A DNA stretch of 64,000 nt, taken from the NCBI GenBank assembly GCA_964019425.1, contig OZ025799.1, forward strand, positions 372,001 to 436,000. The letters are read 5' to 3'. The notes below the pieces were generated by a model. That model did no database searches and was not told the DNA's origin. It saw nothing but the letters and a program-made list of their open reading frames with translations. This DNA is from Flectonema sp. DT1601 (Eukaryota). Each line of letters opens with the position of its first letter. Position 1 is the first letter of the stretch. The position numbers and the translations under genes are program-made. Of this stretch, positions 1-9,700 are shown one piece after another.

Positions 1-569
1 TCTACTTCAGCGACAGATTCAGTTGGAGCGACTGGTTCTACTTGTGGTTCCTCATCCTCTTGGTCATCATCGTCATCACCTGCTCCTGTGATGAATCCGT
101 CAGGGAACATTTTATTAAAAGTTGATGATTTTGAATTAAATTCCTTGCTCTTCGACGTGAATACTTTCTTCTCCGAATCTGACAGTGCAGGATGTATTGC
201 TCCTTCTGTAGGAGTGTCCTCAACCATGAATGATAAAAGTCCTTTTAAGATTGTTGAAACTGACCAAGCAGGATTCCAAGTCTCCGGATGAAAATTCGAC
301 ATAGAAAGACACAGAGCTGTGTTCGTCTTAAATCGACCATTCGGAGTGAATATAACAATCTCAGGTGGTGCTAGTGGATAGTTTGATGGAAAACGAATCC
401 TTCCATGATACTCACCTCCCTCATAAGGAGTCTCCTCTGGTCCTTGTAATAAGTAATCCCATTCCAGGATATTTTTCTCGTTTATAGCAACGCATATCAG
501 TGGAGGAGGATCTTTATAAAAATTAAGGAGTTCCTTTCGAAGGCGAGTTGTCGCTGCTTTTTTTGCCAT
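1..569 (-). CDS. UBC6: Ubiquitin-conjugating enzyme E2, UBC6/UBE2J-like (3' end runs off the window)
   Basis: Absent from the ORF track because it is truncated. Manual translation from ATG 569 gives MAKKAATTRLRKELLNFYKDPPP...NILEWDYLLQGPEETPYEGGEYHG...PPEI...TPNGRF...LCLSMSNFHPETWNPAWSVSTILKGLLSFM. The CLSMS.FHP..WNPAW motif is typical of J-class E2s. Confidence 0.92.
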   Translation of the reverse strand, partial: MAKKAATTRLRKELLNFYKDPPPLICVAINEKNILEWDYLLQGPEETPYEGGEYHGRIRFPSNYPLAPPEIVIFTPNGRFKTNTALCLSMSNFHPETWNPAWSVSTILKGLLSFMVEDTPTEGAIHPALSDSEKKVFTSKSKEFNSKSSTFNKMFPDGFITGAGDDDDDQEDEEPQVEPVAPTESVAEV

Positions 570-2447
570 TTTTAATTCAAGGTGACTATGTGAATGTGAT
601 AACAGAAGCTAACTCTTCAGAACGTAACAAAACAACAATCGCTTTCATTAAATTATGAAAATGAAATTTTTTGCGGATCAATGAAAATAGATAGACGGCG
701 ATTCGCTACGGATGATCAAATAAAACGCAACAAAAATATATAATTGAAAGATGAATCACGATTGAGACGAAAACGGGGAAGAGAACTGATAAAACATGGT
801 CTACCTACGCGTGTATATTTTTTTTCTCAAGAAGCAGCCATTCACCAAAAGACATTATTCTGATTTCCCTAATACGTGAATGCGAGAAGTCATAAACAGA
901 CTCCCCGAACACAATAAGGAAAACACACGTTTAAAAAGACAATAAATTATAAAGGCTTACGTTCAGCTCTCTTAATTTTCACACTCTCGAATGGGATTCT
1001 CCTGCGCAGATTTATATAAATCGAAATTCATATCACACGTCCTAGCTGTGCGAATTCAAAAATAATGATTGTCCTTTAGAACAACTCATCAACAAATAAA
1101 ACTATTCACAGAAGGTGAAACGGAGTTTCTTCTCAGACTCGATGATCATCGATGTAACAAAAAAAATGATAACCAAATAAACAGAACGGAAGAAGTAACC
1201 AAGTTCCTGCGTTAAGAAACTAAGTTGTCATTCTAGTGCTGAGGCATTCATTTTCAAAGCAAATGGCTTGGGTTCGTACTGCCACGAACGATACATTACA
1301 CGCGAACAATAGCAAGCCGATGAATAGGTTAGATAGGAAGAAAGGTATAGAAAGAAGGAAAACACATGCATGCAATACCTTTTTGTTAATTATTAACAAC
1401 AGTATTAATGGTTATCAGTCAATTACAAAAATTTCAATCAAATGCAAAAAAATTCGTAGGACAATAAACAAATAATGGTTGGTTTCGGGGCAATCTTTCA
1501 TTTTTTTTAATTAAAAAATCTTTCTTCGCGGAGCCCTATAGTTAGTCGCGAGCCCGGCATGCTGTCGAGCACCAGTTAAATAGAACTTCACGAGAATAAT
1601 CACCATCACTGTAAAAGTGATCGGATAATTTCAGCCAACTACATAAAATTGTGAAAAAAGATATCGTGATGTTATCTTCCCAAAACAAGTACCGAACTAA
1701 CTGAGGACGTGTGATCAACATTATTTTACACAAATAAAAACAAAAAAAATAAAACAAACTCGACATATCAAGTGCCGATGCGTCCTCTTCTTTTAAAGAG
1801 AGAGACAGTAAGATGTGACGTCGATGTCACATAATTCTCATATATAAAAAACCCACACAGCATATAACAAAAAGAGTGGGGAGCTTGGAGAAATAAATCA
1901 TGGTTAACATGCAACAACATTAGATATGAATCAGCATTACTGGATTCTGTCCACATAAAATTGCATGCTTCGAATTAACCATCAGAGAGGAAAAAAAATG
2001 CTGTCAAGTCAAATTGACCCGGGGACCACGGACTACAGGTTGGACATCCCATGCCCTGCAGGTCTTTACAGCTTGAAAATATTAACGGGAAACTTAATAA
2101 AATTATCTGAATCGGGGGTAGTAAAGGGGTAATTCGCAACCCACATAGCATACAACAAAGAGAGTAGGGAAGTTAGGAAATCGGATGAAACAGCTGACAG
2201 CCACGGCGAGTTGAGCAGGAAGTATAGTTATTGTAAGAAAGAACTATTTCTGAACAACAAAACATTAACAACTTCTAATCTTATCATATTTTGACAATTT
2301 GAGCAAGTAATGTCAGACAAAAACCGTGACGAATATTTACCCAACAGATAGGGTCTTCAAGATTTTAATGAGTCAATCAAATCTCTTAACCAAGTTACTC
2401 ATCTGCTTCAATGAAATTAACAAGAGACTCATTGATTAGCAGAGATG

Positions 2448-3269
2448 TTAATTTATACCACTGCGGGTTTGGAACACGTCGTTGTTTAGAGCTCGTTGTT
2501 GTTCTAAAGCACACCTGTCGGCGTAACTTTTATTCTCGTTTTCAATGATTTCTACTACCGAGTTCGCAAAGTGCTTACAATTACTCGAAGTTAGGGAATA
2601 AGGTTTATTAAGAAAAGTGTACACACTGCGAACAACTGATGAGAATGGCAACAAGAAGTTAAGAGTTACTTCTTTAACAATTCTGGGATTATTTCGTGTG
2701 TTTCCATTATTACGGCGACCAAGTAAAATGGCCAGCGGCTCGTCTTTACGAACGAGTATTCCTCGAGGTACCTTTTCCAGTGACATGAAGACCTGTTTCT
2801 TACCATTGTGACACAGAAAGATTATAAAATCGTGAGTAACAATTCCTCCTGTTAACACAATGTCACTAGAACAACGATAGAATTCAAGGACTGCTAGTTT
2901 TTCATAAGCATTGCTTTCTTCATCTGCCCATCGCTTATCTTTTTCGTAATTTATTTTGGCAGTGAAGACGTCCTGGTCTGCAGTTTCGCAGTAGTACCGA
3001 GATTCATCTGCAGTCATGCCAGGGCAATCTTTCATTAGGCTTTTTATGTTCTCTCTTTCTCTCGCATCAGCCCCCTTGTGTGGTATTTTTAAGGTCATCC
3101 CATCTAAATCCATAACTCTATGAAGTAATCCATTGTGTCTGGCAATCTCTGACTCCCTGACATCAAATTTCAAAGCCAACATTGTCAATGTGTCATAACT
3201 ATTACAAACATGGGTTACGAATTCCTCAGCACTACTGTTGCTGTGATTGCTTTCTGATTCTATCATCAT
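2448..3269 (-). CDS. LysM-domain protein with C-terminal permuted papain-like (PPPDE/LRAT-type) domain
   Basis: N-terminal HVCNSYDTLTMLALKFDVRESEIARHNGL...LKIP fits LysM. C-terminal THDFIIF and YSLTSSNCKHFA fit the His and NC.HF catalytic motifs of permuted NlpC/P60 enzymes. Confidence 0.7.
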   Translation of the reverse strand: MMIESESNHSNSSAEEFVTHVCNSYDTLTMLALKFDVRESEIARHNGLLHRVMDLDGMTLKIPHKGADARERENIKSLMKDCPGMTADESRYYCETADQDVFTAKINYEKDKRWADEESNAYEKLAVLEFYRCSSDIVLTGGIVTHDFIIFLCHNGKKQVFMSLEKVPRGILVRKDEPLAILLGRRNNGNTRNNPRIVKEVTLNFLLPFSSVVRSVYTFLNKPYSLTSSNCKHFANSVVEIIENENKSYADRCALEQQRALNNDVFQTRSGIN

Positions 3270-3817
3270 TTTGTTACAAGTGTTTTTGGATAATGTTTGT
3301 TAACTTATTACTTCATAGTATGGGCTGATTGGGAAAAAATAATTTTTTTTTTTAGTTAATAATCACATCCCCTCCGACATCACTGTCATAGCATCTAAAC
3401 TGAAAGGGAAGTAATCGGAGTAAAAAAAAAAAAATTACCAGAACAAAGTTATCCAATAGGCTAGGTTCGGATCCTCTCAGACAGACTCCAAGAAGTGTTA
3501 GAAACGAATAAAGAAAAAAAAACAGAAAAAAAAAAGTATGCTAGGTATAAGTCAAACAAGGAGTAAAGACAAGACGTCGAAATATGACACATTACAAATA
3601 TGGTGAGTGTGTGTTTTTTTCATTCCTCCAACTTTTAAAAAAAAGTGTAAAGGAAGCTACGAATAAAGTTTTTAGTCACCTAACAGTGAACATAACGATG
3701 ATGAGCGAATACATAATATAAATTAAAAAAAAAACCCCTGCTGATATAACCTCAATCAAAGTAAGACTTTGTTGCTAATAGGTAAATATTACATGCGCGG
3801 GCTGTTAATCAGAAATT

Positions 3818-5764
3818 TTATTTTAATGAGTCTTTTGCGTCAACATCAGTTAATTGATCTTCATCTGAAGAATAAGTATTAGTAGATCCGATCCCAACAA
3901 CAACAGATGTCAATAAGTTAGAATCAATAGCTATCTCAGATGATACAGAAAGAGGATCATGTCCCCATGTCAGAAGAAATGTAGTTACAAACAATTGAAC
4001 TCTATGAGGCTCTTTAACTGCATCGAACGTACTTGATGCTTTTGTTAATACTCCAGCTACAGTTCTAATGGCTTTAGCAGCGCCAGATACCCAACTAGAT
4101 AGTAAGGTTTTCCTTTCAAAGAGAGGTATATTATGATTAACACCAGTCTGGTTGAACAGCTCTGCTAATTTTCTCAATATTTCAGTACTCTCATCGTTTA
4201 GTACTAGAGTCACGCGTTTGTCTGGACCAAGTTGAGGAAATTTCATAACGTGCGTATCAAAGCAACGCTCATAATCAACCCTCGTGATAGGTGGTCTTGG
4301 ATTAGAATTATTAATTAGATAACAGACTCCTGATATATTCTTCAGCGGCTGAAACGTAACTAAGACGTTGTTGAAATATTCGTGAAATGTGACAGGCGTT
4401 GCTTTCCTCCTTAGCAAGTCATCTTCCACTGAATTTTCACCCCAAAGCTGCTCCCATCTTCGAGCACCAGCGTAAAACTCCGAACACGGTGATGCAGTTT
4501 GATACACTCCAGTTGCTTCTCCCAAACGAAATTTTTTCATAGCAGCGTTGCCATCTGTTCTCATATTGTACACAAGGTTTTCATCGTAGTGATATTTTTG
4601 CATCGACTGTCTTTCCGAAGCTTCTTTTAAACACATAAAGTAAGGATACAAATAGTCTCTCGGTACCTTTTCCCCTTTAGAATTTCTAAATAGTTGTTTG
4701 TCGATGCTTGAGTTTCCGACAGCTGATTGGCTTCCAAATGATGTGTTTTGACTTGTTATAGAAAGAGTTCTGGGTTTGTAATTTGCTTTTGAAAATTCCA
4801 TTAGATTGCTTGAGACGAATGTCGCTGCTCCGAACGGAGGATGACAAAAGACGTCATGACTAAGAATTAAGACACAATAAACTGCACCGACTACCGACAG
4901 TGAAAGGTCGTCGTAATCTGAATCACCTCTATTTACTAATGTGATGAATTGATTATTAATCCAGTTCCTATTTACCTGACATGCCGTGTAGTAGAAATAT
5001 CCCATCGCACAAAATCCAATTTTCTTTAACAACGTTGGGACTCGATCACTCGGATGAAAAAACGAATGCAAACACGAACTCACACCCTTTTCCTCACAGA
5101 ACTTAACAAGAGTTTGACTCGCAAAGTACGGTGCTCCAAACGATAAAGCATGGAGATAGTCTTGTGGTATTTCTGATGAATTACATAGCAGCTCAATAAC
5201 CTTTATAAAAGCAATACATCCGCCAAGTGAATGTCCACACAGAACTGTTTTCTTTGAAGATCTAGCAGCAGTCAATACCCGACTTGCTATGAATTCTGTG
5301 TCATATTTCTGGGCTCTTGAATAAAATCCGCTGTGTAACTCACAACCTTGAGGAGCACCTTTTAATTGTTTATTTGTAACTTTAACATCAGACAACCAGT
5401 CATTGATGTGACGAGATCCTCTAAACGCAATGTATTGCGTATCTTCGTCTTCTGCAATCACCATTGGTGGTATCGAAGCATTTGTAGCAATAATTTCAAC
5501 TGATCCCTTTATCTGTACCAAATCATTCCAATGAGATGCGGCTTGTCGAAGTCTTCTCACAGCTCGTTGTGTAGTGTACATCTTGTCAGTTATTTTATAA
5601 CAGTGTTCGCTTAGGACTGCTGATGTTGTGATTCGTCTTCTCCATGTCATGGATTGAAGCATTTCACATTTATCATTTACAACATTGTAAGACTCAGCTA
5701 CACCAGCATCAATCTCTTCCCAGTCTTGTATCGCTGAGTCGTTTTCATTTTCACTGTCGTCCAT
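3818..5764 (-). CDS. Class-3 lipase (alpha/beta hydrolase) with uncharacterised C-terminal region
   Basis: IAFRGS, HSGF, GHSLGG nucleophile elbow, SFGAP and DRVP motifs. Pyrimidine-rich AG immediately upstream of the ATG. Confidence 0.85.
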   Translation of the reverse strand: MDDSENENDSAIQDWEEIDAGVAESYNVVNDKCEMLQSMTWRRRITTSAVLSEHCYKITDKMYTTQRAVRRLRQAASHWNDLVQIKGSVEIIATNASIPPMVIAEDEDTQYIAFRGSRHINDWLSDVKVTNKQLKGAPQGCELHSGFYSRAQKYDTEFIASRVLTAARSSKKTVLCGHSLGGCIAFIKVIELLCNSSEIPQDYLHALSFGAPYFASQTLVKFCEEKGVSSCLHSFFHPSDRVPTLLKKIGFCAMGYFYYTACQVNRNWINNQFITLVNRGDSDYDDLSLSVVGAVYCVLILSHDVFCHPPFGAATFVSSNLMEFSKANYKPRTLSITSQNTSFGSQSAVGNSSIDKQLFRNSKGEKVPRDYLYPYFMCLKEASERQSMQKYHYDENLVYNMRTDGNAAMKKFRLGEATGVYQTASPCSEFYAGARRWEQLWGENSVEDDLLRRKATPVTFHEYFNNVLVTFQPLKNISGVCYLINNSNPRPPITRVDYERCFDTHVMKFPQLGPDKRVTLVLNDESTEILRKLAELFNQTGVNHNIPLFERKTLLSSWVSGAAKAIRTVAGVLTKASSTFDAVKEPHRVQLFVTTFLLTWGHDPLSVSSEIAIDSNLLTSVVVGIGSTNTYSSDEDQLTDVDAKDSLK

Positions 5765-6093
5765 CGTCTGAAAAGTTTGAAAAAAATAGAAAATAATTTT
5801 AAAAAAAAAGAAAAACTAAATCAAGCACACCCTGCTTTTTTTTTTTTTTTTTTTTTTTATCAAAAAAAATAATCGTCCCCACAACAGTGGGGGTAGAAAG
5901 CCAATAAGACTTAACGTCATTCAAATAATTTTGGTTGGTTTTCTTTTAAATCCATAAACCACCATAGGTAATGTGCATCATTGAGTCAAAGATCACAATT
6001 ATACTCCGCGAGGCGATTGCAGTGATGAGGTTAGCAGGACAAACATCAGTCTTTCAACAGGTCAGATATGATCATTAACATTCACAACATGAA

Positions 6094-6519
6094 TTACGCA
6101 ACATTATCGATGCTGTAATCGAGATGCAGGTGTGCGATTTTTGCATACGCTGTAGTACATTTTTGAAATCCTTCCATCTCCTTATCGCAAACAGCGTTAT
6201 CAGTCGATTGCTTACAACGCATGTATGCGACCAACGGTAGAGGACAGTAGCAAGATGCTAACCAGGTCATGTGATTATGTGCGTGTGGTAAACAATGCTC
6301 TTGAAGAGCCTTTTGATCACCCGCATGTTTTTGAGAGCATCTTATATATTCTCTCTCATAGCCTCTGGCGATTGCGGAGGCTTTCTCAACCCGTTTTTCT
6401 TCATTCTTTACTAGTTCTTCCTTTGCAGTATTCCACCTTGAATTATTTTCCATTTCCTCCATCAAAGTCGTCAACGGGTGTTCTGTCGGAGGGAATTCAT
6501 GCGTGGAATCGACACTCAT
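6094..6519 (-). CDS. Twin CX9C (CHCH) protein, probably mitochondrial intermembrane space
   Basis: CPLPLVAYMRC and CDKEMEGFQKC are both CX9C motifs in a 141-aa ORF. Confidence 0.6.
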   Translation of the reverse strand: MSVDSTHEFPPTEHPLTTLMEEMENNSRWNTAKEELVKNEEKRVEKASAIARGYEREYIRCSQKHAGDQKALQEHCLPHAHNHMTWLASCYCPLPLVAYMRCKQSTDNAVCDKEMEGFQKCTTAYAKIAHLHLDYSIDNVA

Positions 6520-6745
6520 TGTGGTAGTTAAAATATGACTGTTGTGAAAAGATATTTAAGGGGAAGGGGAAAAAAAAGGAAAAGAAATATCTAGAAACAA
6601 CCTCAAGAGGGTAAAAAAACCACGACCTTTTATCCTCATTAAAGAATTATTTAATATGATTTGCAGTACAAGTGACAGCTAAAAAAGCCGACTTGAAAGT
6701 CGTGGTGATTATAAGAAGGTTTACTACACGATACCAATTACATGA

Positions 6746-9700
6746 CTAGGGGATGCTGACTCCAAAATATTGAGATAAGATTGCTGGGGTCAGGATAGAC
6801 ACGTTGCTTCCAGATTTTGAACCAGAGCGAGCATCATGAAGAACAGTTTCAATTGAGTTTTGAACAATAAATCGATGACAGACAACTTGCTTTGTTTGAG
6901 TAATTCGTTGACAACGACCAATCGCTTGTAATTCAAGCGAAGGATTCAAACATGGTTCCATTAAGAATACATGATTCGCTGTTGTTAAATTTAATCCACA
7001 AGAACCAGTACGAATTGTCAATAAGAAGGCAATACAACTTGATTTGATAGAGAAGTTAGTGAGGGCATTGCTACGTTGTTTCTGAGACATAGATCCAATA
7101 ATCTTCTCACTTTCAAAACCTATTTTTGATATCTCTCTCTCAATCGCTTTGATGGTCGCCTCAAACTGTGTGAAAATAACAAATTTGCAAGTCGGATCTT
7201 TCTTGCGAAGCTCAGTTATTCTTTTGATCATCGCATTCATTTTTGAGCTAATCGACTTTCTCTTTAACCATTTAAATAGCGTTTCAGCATCAGCATCAGC
7301 AGCAGGTTCCTCATCAAGATCAACATTAGCATCCTCAAGTGAGGGAACTGGCTCAGGTTCTGGTTCTGGTTCCGGTTCCTGTTCGGCGGCATCGACAAGA
7401 GTTAGACACTTCTGATCAACTTTTGCTCTGCAAAGAGGACATTCTCCACGGATATCAACAGTTGGGATGATACAAGGACCGCAGAATAAATGACCGCATT
7501 TAGTCAATCCAAGAACAGTTGATGACTCAAAACAGATTGGACACTCATAGTCACTTGGGTTTTGAAGTGTTTCAGTAACCTCAGTAATACGATTTGATGG
7601 TATTAAAGTTGGTAGCTTTTCAATTACTATCTTTGATGATTGTTGTGCACCTTCAGAAGGTTCGACTCTTGCATTCCAACCATAACTTCCTGATGCTCTA
7701 ACTCCATGGGCTGCTACTGTTGTTACTGTTGTTGCTGGAATGACATATTCCAAGCTAAACGGATTTCTAACCGTATTTGTGACATGCGATGTAAGTTGTC
7801 GAAGTCGCATTGCCGCGACAGTCCATTGTGCCCACCATCTGGGTGATCTTGGTGTCAGATACTTCAATTCGTCTGATAATTTCTGCTGTGCAGTATTATA
7901 AACCAATCGTTCTCTCTCAGATAATACAACATTAACAACCACATCAGAATGTTGTGATAGCTCTTCTAGAAATTTAGTTCCAGTGTCAGCATAGACTTGT
8001 CCAAATGTGTGACGAAGAGTTGTACTTTGCAGCCATCGGTTTAATTGTGTTTGTAGAACTAAAGACATATTATCGTTTGGTTTTATTCCATAGAGAGTTC
8101 TCGCAAGTCCCGATATTTTTGTATAATTAGTTTGTAATGGAGTACCTGATAACATCCATCTATTAGTACCTTTTAAGTTTACAGTTAGTCGAGATTGTGA
8201 TGAATCACTGTTAGTGAAATGACATTCATCAAATACAATTCGATTCCACCAAATATTTGTTATTGTTGATCGTGAGTCTGGTTCACATGATTTCTGTAAA
8301 CTGATAATATCATAATTAGTAACTACGAAATCCGCATCTTGCAACGGAAGACTATTTCTAGTAGCTACGGGAATACCAGAGTGATAATCAAAAATTAAAT
8401 ATTTGTGAGCATTTGGGAGTTTTGACCGAAGCTCATCACTCCATTGTCCTCTCAAACTGGCCTTCGTAATTATGAGAGTGCCACCAGTAAGCATTCCATG
8501 TCTGACTGATCTCCCATCATTGTTAATTTCTTGCACAGGTTCTTCAGTTTTTATTCTTTTGATATTTCCTTGGCTTTTGGGAGGATCTTTTCTTTTTATT
8601 CTTGATTCAGAATTTTTTAATTTCCTCCTCATTGATTTCTTCTGATATGTGAATAAAGGTGCCATTCGTTTCTCCGTATCTGAATCATCATCGCTGACAG
8701 TTGATATGTGTTTTTTTGATTGCGCTGCTTTTCCTTTTAGAGCACTTTTTGCAGCTAAAAAAAATCCTTTTTTTCTCAACTTACTGGGAACGTAGTCACC
8801 ATGAGCTCTAGGGCCGTTATGGTGTGATAAAGAAAGTATCATGATCGTCTTTCCCATTCCCATCTCGCTAGCTAGAATCCCACCTTTAATAGAGAAGGGT
8901 TTATCAGTGAAATCTCCATAGACGTCGCTGAAATAGTAAGTATCTGAGTCATCTGCAAATCGGATAGGACTGTACGATACAAGTGCTTTACTTTTATGAG
9001 TTTCTCTTTTGATCATCCAGTCAATAGCATGTTCTTGATAAGGTCTGAGGTTACAGTTATTCATACCAATATCATACTTCGACTTGTAATCTGAATTCAC
9101 GACAGCCACTGCTAAGTTAAGTGATAAATTATGATCTCTCTTAACTCCTTCCTCACGTTGACTGTCATGGTAGTACACCTTCTTAACAATTCTATCACGT
9201 TCAGGATGATTACGCAGTAAAGGATCTCTCCAATGTTGATTTCTAATAAGATGCTGTGTATTGCATGTTGTACACTCATGAGTTTTATTACCCAGATATC
9301 GAGCAGGAAGTTCACTATAACTAACAAATGGATGATTTTGATGATCTTTTGGCCTAACAGTCACCTTTCGACTTGGTGCAGTATGATCTTCAATATGAAC
9401 TCCACAGAGAGCACAATTCTCTACATTAGCACGAACATATTGATTAGATTGAGCACCACAAGCTCTATGTGATACTTGAGGCAATCCACAAGTAATACAA
9501 GGTCTGAGATACAAGGTCTCATTAGCAGTTTCTGCATTCAAAAAGTCGGATATGAAAGGTTCATATTTATGATACACTCCCATACTTGGATGGGGAGAGA
9601 GCTCGTTATAAACCAAACCGTACAGTTTACCTAAAACAATATTCATAAGCTGCCTAGCTCCTAAGTCGCTACTGTTATAAAGCCTGCTGGGATCATAAAA

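Noticed and set aside
2000..2072. tRNA gene
   Set aside because: Neither strand has a GTTCRA T-loop or a proper cloverleaf.
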